The notes: generated from the sequence alone by a model not told the origin. Shown: positions 27,410 through 37,830, counted from the stretch's first letter. The stretch is DNA of 64,000 nt from a virus (IMGVR_UViG_3300018914_000001:32001-96000), one strand, 5' to 3'. Translations and numbers: made by a program.

Positions 27410-28639
27410 CTATTCTTCATTCTGCGTGATCCTCCCAATTTCGATTTTCAGGTGGAATTTGCCACCGCGCTTAACGATCTCAACAGCTTCTGACAACAGG
27501 ACAAGCAGTGTATCTCCATTTACCCCATGCAAGGAAGCAGACAGCCCCACGTTCGCGCAGGGAGAGGCTTCCACATTTGCATGTGCGACAACAGGCAGTG
27601 TTTCCAGAACAGGCGGTACTTCCAAAACAGATGCCGCCGCCGCTTGCTGAAGCCCTGTTGCAATTTCGTTCTGCCCTTGTTTAGATTCTAATTGCTTAGC
27701 GATATACGCCTCAACAGCGTCTTTAATTGAAGCGTCAGGCTTGATGTCTTCCGACTTGGAATGAAACTTATACGTTGCGACAGTATTTTGTCCGACACCC
27801 AAAATGATTGCGATGTCTTTTGCCTTCAATTGCGGATAGTTTTCATTGATAAACTTTACCTGAGAAATTTTGGGGTTTGCTTTTGTCATGTTTTCCATCT
27901 CCTTAATGATTGGTTTGTTGATTTTGGGTGCGTCTTTTATTGTTTCAATCTTAGGTGTTTCAATCTTAGGTGTTGGAGGGATAATTTTTTTAGCGATAGG
28001 CTTATTAACTAACTTAGGATTAAGATTAACAATCTTAGGCTTGTTAACAACTCCTTCGCCTTTTTCAATATACCGCTTGATACGATTCCTAAGTCTTTTG
28101 CAAATTCTACTAATATAAGATTGAGAAATACCTAAAGCATTTCCAATCTCTACTTGTGTTTTTCCCTCCTCAAATTTCATAATTATAATTAAGCGATCTC
28201 TTTCAGGGAGTGAAAAAACAAAATCTTTCACACTAGTTGAGATCATGCTTAATTCAACTTCATCTTCAATATTTTCATCTGAAGGGATTATCTCCCTAAG
28301 CGTAATCCCATTTCCATTACCGTCTGTAATTAGAATCCTGTCTAATGAATCAATGTAAGCATGTTTCTTATTCCTTCTAAGAAACATTAAAATTTCATTT
28401 ATCATACAACGAGATGAGTATGTAGCAAACTTGATGTCTTTGCTGGGGTCAAAGGTGTGATAAGCTTTTAGGAATCCAATTTGAGCATATCCTGCTAAAT
28501 CGTCGATTTCTACATTGGTGTTGGCGAATTTTTTAGCAATATAGAAGGAGAATTTTTTGTTGGATTCGAAAAACTCTCTTTCCGCCTCTTTATCGCCAGC
28601 TTTAGCTTTAACTATCAACTCTTCGTTTTTAAGTTGCAT
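27410..28639 (-). CDS. RNA polymerase sigma factor, SigE/SigK-like, with long C-terminal extension
   Basis: DDLAGYAQIGFLKAYHTFD...KFATYSSRCMINEILMFLRR...KTQVEIGNALGISQSYISR. Confidence 0.9.
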   Translation of the reverse strand: MQLKNEELIVKAKAGDKEAEREFFESNKKFSFYIAKKFANTNVEIDDLAGYAQIGFLKAYHTFDPSKDIKFATYSSRCMINEILMFLRRNKKHAYIDSLDRILITDGNGNGITLREIIPSDENIEDEVELSMISTSVKDFVFSLPERDRLIIIMKFEEGKTQVEIGNALGISQSYISRICKRLRNRIKRYIEKGEGVVNKPKIVNLNPKLVNKPIAKKIIPPTPKIETPKIETIKDAPKINKPIIKEMENMTKANPKISQVKFINENYPQLKAKDIAIILGVGQNTVATYKFHSKSEDIKPDASIKDAVEAYIAKQLESKQGQNEIATGLQQAAAASVLEVPPVLETLPVVAHANVEASPCANVGLSASLHGVNGDTLLVLLSEAVEIVKRGGKFHLKIEIGRITQNEE

Positions 28640-28666
28640 ATGTCACCCCGCTACTACTCACTTGGC

Positions 28667-28987
28667 TTACAGCCTTTTGAGTCTCGCTTTCATAAATTTT
28701 TGAACCTCTTCTGCGCAACACTTGCGGATATGGGGATAAAAATTTTCAGGGGGTATATCCTGAATACCTTGAACACCGCGAACAAGTCCCACTGTAGCAA
28801 CACTTACGTAATCTTCCAATGGGATGATATTGTGCACTGCATAAAATCTTGCCGCACATTTGACTACTGTACGCAAACTTCGTTCGATCAGCACGTCACG
28901 CGCCGCTTCATTGGGAAGTTTTCTTTGCAAGAAAGCAATTTCTTTGACATTCAATTCTACTGGCAGATTATCAACATTTACAACCAT
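28667..28987 (-). CDS. sigma region-2-like stand-alone protein
   Basis: ARDVLIERSLRTVVKCAARF...LEDYVSVATVGLVRGV. Confidence 0.6.
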   Translation of the reverse strand: MVVNVDNLPVELNVKEIAFLQRKLPNEAARDVLIERSLRTVVKCAARFYAVHNIIPLEDYVSVATVGLVRGVQGIQDIPPENFYPHIRKCCAEEVQKFMKARLKRL

Positions 28988-29005
28988 TATCTTTCTCCCC
29001 TTTTT

Positions 29006-29554
29006 TTAAATTTTTCCTTCTCCTTTACATCTAAAGCATATACCGTTTTCAATATGGCTATAGGCTGAAATGTTGCCATCGCCATTACATCTAGGACAAG
29101 TCCGAAGTTGTCTTTTTGTCGCTCTTCGCCATGCCTCAGTACAACTAGGTTTCTTGCAATAGATAAAAAGCTCCTCATCAATGTTGATAGACTCATTGTA
29201 AACATCTATTTCGCATCCACATCGCCAGCAAATTTTGATAAGAGATTCTTTTGGTAGTTCTGGCGGTAGCTCTTCTTTGAAGATTCGTTTTCGTGCTTGA
29301 GCCTCAAACTTATCGTAACCATCTTTAATCTTTTTAAGTTCGCCAATACGTGTAAACGAGAAGTATTCAAAGTTTCCATTCTTATGAATGCGAACCTTAA
29401 TTTCTCCACGCTCAGGAAGCATTGCGTCTGCAAAGACTTCCCTGCCACCTAGAATAAGGGTGACAGGGAACCAATGCTCTTTGTATTGAGTCAGCAACTC
29501 CCCCACTTGACTTTGAATCTGCTCAGTTAAGGTCTGCTGTTTCACGTGGAACAT
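29006..29554 (-). CDS. Zn-finger protein
   Basis: CWRC, CPRCNGDG, CFRCKGEG; GGAGG RBS. Confidence 0.7.
   Translation of the reverse strand: MFHVKQQTLTEQIQSQVGELLTQYKEHWFPVTLILGGREVFADAMLPERGEIKVRIHKNGNFEYFSFTRIGELKKIKDGYDKFEAQARKRIFKEELPPELPKESLIKICWRCGCEIDVYNESINIDEELFIYCKKPSCTEAWRRATKRQLRTCPRCNGDGNISAYSHIENGICFRCKGEGKI
29538..29553. promoter_or_regulatory. parS (Spo0J/ParB site)
   Basis: TGTTTCACGTGGAACA. Confidence 0.85.
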
Positions 29555-29569
29555 ACCTCCCTTCATGGC

Positions 29570-29938
29570 TTAGTGGTGTAGTATACGATCAATTGCATTG
29601 ATGAGCAATTGCATTGACTGCTCTCTTTGCTTATCCCAAACCATTACTGTTTTGATTTTAAAGACAAACCCGCGCTTAACACAGGATAATAACATATCTT
29701 CATATATAATGTATCTGTGCTGTCTGTAGTCAATCAAGACTCTGCCTTGTTGCGCGGCTTCCTCTAAAAATCTTTGGATGGCTGTTTCTCTGCTTTTTAT
29801 GCCGTCTCTTTCCATAATTCTGAGTAGGTCAGGTTCGCGATTGGTTACTTTGCGCCATTCGTATTCACGAATAAACCTCTTCTCTAACCTCAGAACACTA
29901 TGGGCAGTTGCTTCGTAGCGAGAGGGGTTAAAGACCAC
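29570..29938 (-). CDS. hypothetical protein
   Basis: ORF coupled to S1 gene. Confidence 0.65.
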   Translation of the reverse strand: MVFNPSRYEATAHSVLRLEKRFIREYEWRKVTNREPDLLRIMERDGIKSRETAIQRFLEEAAQQGRVLIDYRQHRYIIYEDMLLSCVKRGFVFKIKTVMVWDKQREQSMQLLINAIDRILHH

Positions 29939-30947
29939 CTCCGTCTAGTTTTTTCTCAATCTTCTCAGCAAACAGCAATCCAAGGTCAATACTGAAGTCT
30001 GTGCCGAACATTGCCATGCACACATCAAACATAGAGTACTTTTCGACAAGTTCAACAAACTTCGCTCTTGCCTCAGGAGAGAGCGGAGTGTGAATAGTTT
30101 TGTTAACCCATTCTTCAATACGTTGGAACTCTTTTTCATTGTAGCTGTTAGTAGCAATCGCGGTTCTGCTCATGTCTTCTCTCTCCTTAATTTTCATGTC
30201 TTGCTCTTCAGGCGCAATTTCGACTTTAAGAACAGGGGCTTGCATTTCTTTTACTACAGGCTGTTGCGGAGTTGCAATAGCGGCTTCAGCGGTTGCCGCC
30301 ACTTCTGAAGTGGTCGATTCTTCTGTAAAACTAAACCGCTCTTTCAACTGACGCGCTAAATCTTCATTGCCTTGAAGTTCATCTAGCTTGAAGGTTGTTT
30401 TCGTCTTTCCGTCTGTTTTCTTGTCATAATCAGGCAAAAGATGGGCATATTGTTTAGTAGAAAGTTCGTATCGTATTTGCCCACCCTCTCTATCTTCTAT
30501 TTTGACAACATCAGCCTTCACTTTATCGCCAACATTGAAGTAGCGAGACGCATTTTGAGTGAAAGATTTCATGATATTTCTGACATGGACAACACCATTA
30601 TCGCCGTTCGGGAGGCTTACGAATGCGCCCCAAGATTCGACACGTGTAACTTCGCCCTCGATTACATCGCCTACCTTGATAGCGATTTCTCTCTCCTCTT
30701 CTTGTAACTCGATCTGCTGTTCTTGCTGACTCTCTTGCAAACCACCGTTCTCCCAATCCTTCTTGATAGAGTAGTAGATATTTTGCATGTAACCTTTGTC
30801 TACTCCGAATTGTTCAGAAGAAGAGCGCAAAAATTCTGCTAAAGAACCACGCACTTGAAAGGCATTCTCGCTTAGTTTATTTCGAACAATCTTGGTGAAC
30901 TCCTCCTTCCAGTTTTCAACTTTGGTTTCAGTGGCAGTATTTGTCAT
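29928..30947 (-). CDS. S1 RNA-binding domain protein
   Basis: KVGDVIEGEVTRVESWGAFVSL...GVVHV...FNVGDKVKADV. Confidence 0.85.
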   Translation of the reverse strand: MTNTATETKVENWKEEFTKIVRNKLSENAFQVRGSLAEFLRSSSEQFGVDKGYMQNIYYSIKKDWENGGLQESQQEQQIELQEEEREIAIKVGDVIEGEVTRVESWGAFVSLPNGDNGVVHVRNIMKSFTQNASRYFNVGDKVKADVVKIEDREGGQIRYELSTKQYAHLLPDYDKKTDGKTKTTFKLDELQGNEDLARQLKERFSFTEESTTSEVAATAEAAIATPQQPVVKEMQAPVLKVEIAPEEQDMKIKEREDMSRTAIATNSYNEKEFQRIEEWVNKTIHTPLSPEARAKFVELVEKYSMFDVCMAMFGTDFSIDLGLLFAEKIEKKLDGGGL

Positions 30948-31077
30948 GTTGAAAGCTCCTTTCAGTAAGAACTAATGTCAGTCTAGCATAAACTTTCACG
31001 TTGCGCAATACTAAATTTTTGCCTATAACAGACAAACCACATGGGTTAAACTAGATTTAACCCATGTAATTCACCTG

Positions 31078-31272
31078 TTAATCAATCTTCTTGATGAGCT
31101 TCACAAGCTCATTGGAGATGGTAAAGGAACAGCCAGCAACTGCCATGCCGTTGGATGGGTTAACACCTGAGATGTAAGTGTTATCGTCCATTTTCTTATA
31201 ATACCAATCCAGCGAACCATCATTCCCCAAAAGCTCACATCCAGCCTCTTTCAACTCTTCTACATTGAACAT
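31078..31272 (-). CDS. hypothetical protein
   Basis: GGAGGTG RBS before MFNVEE. Confidence 0.65.
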   Translation of the reverse strand: MFNVEELKEAGCELLGNDGSLDWYYKKMDDNTYISGVNPSNGMAVAGCSFTISNELVKLIKKID

Positions 31273-31273
31273 T

Positions 31274-31759
31274 CTATTCACCTCCTTGCCCAAACAGTTT
31301 GTTGAGATCAAGCTTTTCCCAAACAAACTGTTCTTTTCTGAGGTTGTCAACCTGAGTCATATGCATCACCAGCGTCTTCTCCAGATTCTGAAACAGCGTT
31401 TCAACTCTGTTATGACGCTTGGTTACGCTGTTGGGGTTGAAGTGTACCGCTCTGTAGCCCATCTCACCATTGAATCCCCGCCAGCGTTGCACAACCCGTA
31501 CAGCATCCGCGCCAATGTCTCTGGTATGATGGTCAGCCAGCGATACACTAGAGTAGATCAACAGGTCGATCCAAGGTTTTTTAGTCGGAACACTGTAGAC
31601 ATGCTCCCAAGTGTTGGGGATTTGGTGTGTCACATCTTCAGCTTTCCAACTGTCCTTGTCTTCTTTGTTTCGTTTGAAGAACAATTTGTTTTTAACCATG
31701 ATGCCGTTAACTTCATAAACAAATTGTTTATTAGAGAACTTTCTGTAGTCAGCCGCCAT
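31274..31759 (-). CDS. hypothetical protein
   Basis: ORF; IYSSV...RDIGADAVRV motif. Confidence 0.7.
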   Translation of the reverse strand: MAADYRKFSNKQFVYEVNGIMVKNKLFFKRNKEDKDSWKAEDVTHQIPNTWEHVYSVPTKKPWIDLLIYSSVSLADHHTRDIGADAVRVVQRWRGFNGEMGYRAVHFNPNSVTKRHNRVETLFQNLEKTLVMHMTQVDNLRKEQFVWEKLDLNKLFGQGGE

Positions 31760-32180
31760 TGATATTACCCCCTGATTGTTTATTCAATTCTAATTGAAGC
31801 TTTTCCCTTCTTTTTACTAAACCTCTTTTTCGTTTTTCAATTTGATTTTTAGTTCTAGTGATGTCTTCTCTTGTTCTTGAGATATTCTCTTTACGGACTT
31901 CCGAAATATCGAAGTTAAATCTGGCTTGCTCTGAACGCATCTTTTCTTCATCTTCAAGTCTCTCCAAGTATTTCTCTTGCCTTTCTAGCATATCTTCGTA
32001 TCTTCTCAACATTCTTTCTGCAAATTCTACCTTGCGCTTCAAACGTACAACCTTCTCATTATTAAAGAGATTTTTGATTTCTGTAAAAATATCGTCATCT
32101 TCTTTTTGCGTAGCGTTATTTTTTTTGGCTATCTCATACCAAAGAGAGATTCGTTCCATTTGTTCTTTGGATATGTCCAT
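31749..32180 (-). CDS. coiled-coil hypothetical protein
   Basis: ORF with RBS. Confidence 0.7.
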   Translation of the reverse strand: MDISKEQMERISLWYEIAKKNNATQKEDDDIFTEIKNLFNNEKVVRLKRKVEFAERMLRRYEDMLERQEKYLERLEDEEKMRSEQARFNFDISEVRKENISRTREDITRTKNQIEKRKRGLVKRREKLQLELNKQSGGNINGG

Positions 32181-32182
32181 CG

Positions 32183-32686
32183 TTACCCCTCCTCTGCTAA
32201 CACATTAGTCGCCTTTGCAAGCTCTGTTAAACGAATGTTAACATTCTTGCGTCTAGCAGTTGCCGCCGTGTAAGCCATTTTGTAATTGTCAGATGGCCTA
32301 CTAAGGAAAGTGTGAAGGTTAAACACAAACTCATCACACAGAATGCCCTTGTTCTTAGCCGCAAGAGCTACTACAATCACTGGAGCCAGTAGCTTAGTAG
32401 AGTATCGTTTGTGATTGTTTAGCGCGGGATTCAGCTCATAACCAATAGAGAGATAGAGAAGGGCGTTCCATACCTTCTCTTGAAGCTTTAGGGGGATTCC
32501 ACAGTTATTCTCTCCAAGCCATTGTTTCATGTTGGCAGTGCCAATGTCGCCTTCTCCACCGCCAATCAGATATGCCGCTTGAACACAAACTAGAGCCTTC
32601 ACATCTTGCGGTACAGGGCGACGAAACCCTTCCCAAAATGTAAGGCGGGATACATCATCAACAAAGTCTTTTGTTCCCTGATTCAT
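32183..32686 (-). CDS. hypothetical protein, similar to C-terminal domain of 20874..22199
   Basis: Shared FV..V...F and Y....T..TA....V..R patterns. Confidence 0.65.
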   Translation of the reverse strand: MNQGTKDFVDDVSRLTFWEGFRRPVPQDVKALVCVQAAYLIGGGEGDIGTANMKQWLGENNCGIPLKLQEKVWNALLYLSIGYELNPALNNHKRYSTKLLAPVIVVALAAKNKGILCDEFVFNLHTFLSRPSDNYKMAYTAATARRKNVNIRLTELAKATNVLAEEG

Positions 32687-32981
32687 CTTAGTCCCTCCCT
32701 AGGGCATAGGTATCGCTCACTGTTGCTTAGTATAGCATCTAGGTTGCTGTTTATGCAACTATACGATAGCAGATAGCAAACGATTTTTGTTCTGCCTCTG
32801 CCTCCTTCAACGCTTGCGTGAGCGTAGCCGCCTCCTTAACAATTTTAACGCCATTGGTTAGCATGACAAGTACTTTCATTAAACTACATCTCCTGTTATG
32901 AATATTGAGCAATGTCTCATGCTCTATGTGCCTCCATTACAAGCTGTAATAGAGGTTAAGAACATAAGAAAAGCAGGGCTG

Positions 32982-33203
32982 TTAACCCTGCTTTTGCTTC
33001 CTGTCATATTCTCTTAATGCTTCTTCTCCTTTTGCAGTATAAGTCAGAATACCATTCCCTTGTGTGATGTAGCCGCGATCCACAAGGGCACGTAAAGTGT
33101 TATGCGGCACTGATGAGGCTGGAACAGAAGCCCCTTTCCTGCCTTTTACAATGATAATACGCAGATGAAAAGCTTGTGTTTTAGTGATTACACCCTTACC
33201 CAT
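32982..33203 (-). CDS. small winged-helix-like protein
   Basis: TLRALVDRGYI...TYTAKGEEAL. Confidence 0.6.
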   Translation of the reverse strand: MGKGVITKTQAFHLRIIIVKGRKGASVPASSVPHNTLRALVDRGYITQGNGILTYTAKGEEALREYDRKQKQG

Positions 33204-33580
33204 TTGATTTTTCCCTCCTGTCATTCCTTTTAGGATCATGCTCCTTGCAATACATTCTCCCTTTGACGATATAGCTAGGGATTTTCTTGCAAATTACACA
33301 TTCGCCCATAACGTCTTTGAAGTGAAGAGATTCCATTTTCTAACCTCCTATTGACCACTAATGTAGAGAACTTTCTTGCCTGTATCACGCTCATAAACCG
33401 TAATGTTAGCTATTTAACCATTTTCTCCATTTCTTATTCTTTGTTAGCTTAGTGAACAATCCAAAGGATAAGAAGTCATAGGTTGAATCCATGATTTCGA
33501 ATTGCCAATATCTTAATATTGATTTACAGAGAGATTTTAATTTCCTCTTCACAATACTCCCCCTTTATAAAAGTAAGAAT

Positions 33581-33919
33581 TTATCTAACATTCTTTAACC
33601 GAAGTCTCTCTAGTTCGCTTACTGCTTGTTCTCTTGATCTTTCCATTAAAATAAATGTAGAGTCGATGGTGTCAATCAGATTTGTTAACATTGCAATTCT
33701 TTGTTTCAGTTTGTTTTGGATTTCTTTTTGCGTTGCTTTAATCCATTCCCCTTTGAATAATAGCGAATGTGCCACTATTTCATCATTGTGGAGCCACCTT
33801 AATTCCCAATTCCCTAGCGGTAGCAAGTTTACATATGCCACATTTTCATGTTCTTCATCGTCTTGACAAACAAACTTAAATTCATTCCCTTGTCTAGCAT
33901 CATCAAAAACACTAATCAA
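33581..33919 (-). CDS. hypothetical protein
   Basis: GAGGTG RBS. Confidence 0.65.
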   Translation of the reverse strand: MISVFDDARQGNEFKFVCQDDEEHENVAYVNLLPLGNWELRWLHNDEIVAHSLLFKGEWIKATQKEIQNKLKQRIAMLTNLIDTIDSTFILMERSREQAVSELERLRLKNVR

Positions 33920-33952
33920 TTAATCATCACCTCATTGAATAAATCTAACCTT

Positions 33953-34222
33953 TTACGAAAACTTGACTTCAATCTCCTTTACGTCTTCTAGGTTATTCCA
34001 TCCCTTAGAAAGTATCAGTTCGATGTGCCCAACCATACAATGAGGATTTGTAAACTGCGAAACGTAAGGACTTGCAAAGAATCCATTGCCAGTCAAGATT
34101 AGCAATCGCACACCGAAGCATTCGGTCAACTTGACAGCGAATTTACATTCATTACATTCAAAAATGATCTCTTCATTGATGACCATATTCAGAAAGCGAT
34201 TAGCAAGCGAATCTCTTGTCAT
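33953..34222 (-). CDS. hypothetical protein
   Basis: AAGGAGTGTT RBS. Confidence 0.65.
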   Translation of the reverse strand: MTRDSLANRFLNMVINEEIIFECNECKFAVKLTECFGVRLLILTGNGFFASPYVSQFTNPHCMVGHIELILSKGWNNLEDVKEIEVKFS

Positions 34223-34258
34223 TGTCAACACTCCTTTAATCCTGATGAAATCAACGAT

Positions 34259-34459
34259 TTATTGAAACCATTTAATTGCGTTTACGTCAAGGTGCTCTCC
34301 ATCTACGACTTCAATGAAACGTTTGTAGAACTCCCCAGATTGTACTACTTTCCACTGGGCTGTTTCTTTGTCGATGCCTACGAGCAGTTTGTCTGGCTCT
34401 ACATCAAATACATACCAGTCATGCACCATTCCAAACATTACACCTTTTGCGCTTTTCAT
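34259..34459 (-). CDS. hypothetical protein
   Basis: AAGGAGTGTT RBS. Confidence 0.65.
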   Translation of the reverse strand: MKSAKGVMFGMVHDWYVFDVEPDKLLVGIDKETAQWKVVQSGEFYKRFIEVVDGEHLDVNAIKWFQ

Positions 34460-34553
34460 TTTCAGAACACTCCTTCAACAAGTTTAATTCCTATTTTGAT
34501 TAAACTGCTCATCTAAGCCCCATAGTTTTCTATGAGGCTTAGTCAACAGTCAA

Positions 34554-36830
34554 TCACATTACAGCATCTGTTGCGCTTTCTACAGGCAAATTTTGCTCTC
34601 CATCAGGATCAATGTCGCCTTCCCATTGGTCTTCAGTCAGCCCCATTTCTTCTACGAATCGAGAGATTCCGTAACCCTTGCCATTGAAGTATTGAACACT
34701 AGAGATGTTGACTAGTTGTTCGCCACGTGTAACCGCGACATAAGCTAGGTTGCGCTCAGATTCGACAGCCAAGTCACCTTCCTCAATAACCTTGTAGTGC
34801 GGGAGCAATCCTTCACTCATGCCTACTGCGAACACTGCTTTAAACTCCAAGCCTTTGGACTTGTGAATGGTCATTAACTGCACACCATTAATGTCTTCCT
34901 TACGCTTAGAGGTCATTTGGTCAATGTAATCAAGAAACTCGTGAATATCATCGAAGCGAGACATTGCATGTTTTAGTGTTTCAATGTTAGCTAACTGAGT
35001 GTTGTCTTCATCGTCAGACTCTTCATCATCTTGTTCAGTGAAATAGTCTCTAAAGCCAACCTCCTCTAGCAAATAGTCGATAGCCTCTTCAGGAGATTTA
35101 CTTTCATCGTTAACGATAAGGCGAAGCCCCTCAATAGCTTCTTTGAGCTTGGATACTCCTTTCTTCCAATTTTCTAGCACCCAATGCTTTTCATGCTTAA
35201 CAAGTTCCATGCCAATGTAATACTTTTTCTTGGTAGCTTTAACAGCATTTAAAAACTCTTGCCCAAGGAACCTGTTGCGGCTGTCATTTTTATCTTCAAA
35301 CTGAGGGGTGTTGTAAACGTAAAGAAAGGCCAAGTTGTCATTCGGATTGACCGCCAATTTAAGATAATTGACAATCGTTTTGACCTCTTTGCGTTCATAG
35401 AAGCTCATGCCGCCATGAATGACGTAAGAGATACCCCTAGAGATTAACTCATTCTCAAACGCCACGCATTGCGCGTTTGTACGGTAAAGAATGACTTGAT
35501 CTTTTAGCTCAATGCCGTTTTTATCATTGAGCAGTTCAACTTCTTCAACTACTCCTGCCGCTTCCTCTTGTTCATCATAATACTCTTTGAAGCTAACCAC
35601 TTTGTCATCGCCCTGTTTGTGAGGAATAAGACGTTTCGGAATGCGGAACGTGTTATTCTCAATGAGCATGTTAGCTCTGTTAAGAATATCTGGCATTGAG
35701 CGGTAGTTATTTTCAAGAGGAATTTGAGTAAGTTCAACCTCTTTGTTGTAGCCGAGTTGCTTTAAGTAAAGATTCATAAACTCATTGAACTTGATAAACA
35801 TTTCTGGTTTAGCACCTCTAAAGCGGTACATTGATTGGTCATCGTCTCCAACAATTTGAAGGTGCATCTTAGGGTATGCAAGCATGATTGCCAGCTTGTA
35901 TTGTAAGAGGTTATTGTCTTGTGTCTCATCTACCATGATGTACTGATACTGCGCTTGATAGGATTCAAGACTTTTCCTGTTACTTTCAAACAGATTGACT
36001 AAATTAAAAATCAGGTCATCCAAGTCCATGCACTGGCATTCCCATTTTTTATTTTCATATGCCTGATACATGTCAATGTAGTGAGCCATTAGAGGATTGG
36101 TAGCGTGTCGATTGGTAAACTCGATAGCGTCAATACCCTCATTTTTTGCAAGCCCAATCACCCTAAGGAATTGAGGAATTTTAGTACGTTCTAAACGTTG
36201 ACGTTGCTCATCATCTAAGCCGCTGGATTTGAGGAGTGCATTTTTGCAGTCTTGTACGAGCTTACGTTGCTTCCAGCCCATTACAAGCTCACCCACAATA
36301 TCACCCTTAGCTTTACCGCTTTCACCTTTGCCTTTAGTGAATACCGCCGCCAAATGATGTTTGGTTTCCTTGTATTCTCTAGCCAGAATACGATAGGCGA
36401 TAGAGTGAGTAGTGCCCATTGTAATATGGCTAATTGCCGCTGGAGAGATGATTTTACTTAAACGTTCTTTGATCTCTTCGGCGGCTTTTTTGGTGAATGT
36501 GGTCGCAAGAATGGCAGAAGGGTGAATGCCAAGGCATTCAACCATAAAGCCAATTCTGTTAACCATGACAGTGGTTTTTCCAGAACCAGCAACAGAGGTG
36601 ATTTGTACTGCCGCCTGTACTGTAGTTACTGCCTTGAATTGAGAAGGGTTGAGCTTCGACAGGCGTTCAATCCACTTGTCTTTCAACTCATCCCATAAAG
36701 GCGCAAGCCCTGACTTGGCGCGTTCAGTATCCACGTGCGTCCAGAACTCTTCCCAAGACAGCCACTGAATAGGTTCTCTTCCTTCAATGAACGCCTTCTC
36801 ATTGAACTTTTTGACGTTCTCCCAAAACAT
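34554..36830 (-). CDS. pcrA: UvrD/PcrA-family SF1 DNA helicase
   Basis: AGSGKT, TFTKKAA, DETQD, VGDDDQSMYRFRGA, NYRS, LYRTN, TIHKSKGLEF, YVAVTR. Confidence 0.95.
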   Translation of the reverse strand: MFWENVKKFNEKAFIEGREPIQWLSWEEFWTHVDTERAKSGLAPLWDELKDKWIERLSKLNPSQFKAVTTVQAAVQITSVAGSGKTTVMVNRIGFMVECLGIHPSAILATTFTKKAAEEIKERLSKIISPAAISHITMGTTHSIAYRILAREYKETKHHLAAVFTKGKGESGKAKGDIVGELVMGWKQRKLVQDCKNALLKSSGLDDEQRQRLERTKIPQFLRVIGLAKNEGIDAIEFTNRHATNPLMAHYIDMYQAYENKKWECQCMDLDDLIFNLVNLFESNRKSLESYQAQYQYIMVDETQDNNLLQYKLAIMLAYPKMHLQIVGDDDQSMYRFRGAKPEMFIKFNEFMNLYLKQLGYNKEVELTQIPLENNYRSMPDILNRANMLIENNTFRIPKRLIPHKQGDDKVVSFKEYYDEQEEAAGVVEEVELLNDKNGIELKDQVILYRTNAQCVAFENELISRGISYVIHGGMSFYERKEVKTIVNYLKLAVNPNDNLAFLYVYNTPQFEDKNDSRNRFLGQEFLNAVKATKKKYYIGMELVKHEKHWVLENWKKGVSKLKEAIEGLRLIVNDESKSPEEAIDYLLEEVGFRDYFTEQDDEESDDEDNTQLANIETLKHAMSRFDDIHEFLDYIDQMTSKRKEDINGVQLMTIHKSKGLEFKAVFAVGMSEGLLPHYKVIEEGDLAVESERNLAYVAVTRGEQLVNISSVQYFNGKGYGISRFVEEMGLTEDQWEGDIDPDGEQNLPVESATDAVM

Positions 36831-36978
36831 TATAACAACTCCTTTTTGTACGGTCTGATGGGCATAGCATCCCCAATGTTTCTATTGTACTATACCCTCC
36901 TGATTATTGCAAGGAATATTTAGCGAAATTGCTTGCTAAATAGCACCCACCATTTAGATGAGTGCTATTAATAAGCAA

Positions 36979-37410
36979 TCAGTGTTGGCTATTTAGAAGC
37001 GCAATCATTTCTTCTAACTCTTCCTCTTTTATGTGATAGATGCAAAAATAAAATTCATCATTGATGTCATTGCCATACTTGATAATAGCTTTTAAGCGAT
37101 TGTAACCACTTACAAGAACGAATTTATTTCTGTCTTCATTGTAAGCAAAGTGTATATCAGGAGTGATAGGGTATCCATTTCGTCTTAATTCTATCAACTC
37201 CTGAAGTTCTTTTTCAGGAGGCAGGGCATGTTGTAATAACTCTTTTGCTGATTCTACATCATCGAAGCCCATTTTTTCTAGCAGACTTTTTACTTGAGAG
37301 TAGTGAACATGAGAGCTGTAAACAAGCATATCTTCTTTAGATAAGCGAAAGTTAATCCTAAATTTAATACCATCAATCTCATAGAACTTTTTGATTTGGT
37401 TATCTTTCAT
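36979..37410 (-). CDS. hypothetical protein with ParB/DUF262-like motif
   Basis: FVLVSGYNRLKAI; AAGGAGTGTT RBS. Confidence 0.65.
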   Translation of the reverse strand: MKDNQIKKFYEIDGIKFRINFRLSKEDMLVYSSHVHYSQVKSLLEKMGFDDVESAKELLQHALPPEKELQELIELRRNGYPITPDIHFAYNEDRNKFVLVSGYNRLKAIIKYGNDINDEFYFCIYHIKEEELEEMIALLNSQH

Positions 37411-37454
37411 TTGCCAACACTCCTTTTGCTATTGATAACTGCTCAATTCCACAT

Positions 37455-37470
37455 TGTTTCACGTGAAACA
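37455..37470. promoter_or_regulatory. parS inside cassette hairpin
   Basis: TGTTTCACGTGAAACA perfect palindrome. Confidence 0.85.
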
Positions 37471-37491
37471 ATGTGGTGTTCAACAGTCATA

Positions 37492-37656
37492 TTAAGAACT
37501 TAGTGTAACGCTTTTATGCTCTTTCCAATCCTTGTATTCAAAGGGGTATCTTTTACATGCTCTTTCAAATTTTTCCCTTGCCTCCTCTTCTGTGTCTGCC
37601 ATACAAAAATCAACAGCAACTTTTTTACTAGTGACTGCCTTCCACCATTTTGACAT
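37492..37656 (-). CDS. cassette ORF, 54 aa
   Basis: Hand translation MSKWWKAVTSKK... Confidence 0.55.
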   Translation of the reverse strand: MSKWWKAVTSKKVAVDFCMADTEEEAREKFERACKRYPFEYKDWKEHKSVTLSS

Positions 37657-37659
37657 AAA

Positions 37660-37830
37660 TCACCAACCCCTTCCAGATTTGTATTTGCCATCCTGTACAG
37701 ATTTGCAGATAGCGGCATCATATCCTGCGTCTCTACACTTACGGTAGCTATCGTTGTGATTGCCACTGCACCCTGCCAGCAGGATAGCCGCAACGCTAAT
37801 GATGACAACGAACTTAGAGAGCTTTTCCAT
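37660..37830 (-). CDS. cassette ORF, small lipoprotein
   Basis: MEKLSKFVVIISVAAILLAGC lipobox; GGAGTGTG RBS. Confidence 0.7.
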   Translation of the reverse strand: MEKLSKFVVIISVAAILLAGCSGNHNDSYRKCRDAGYDAAICKSVQDGKYKSGRGW

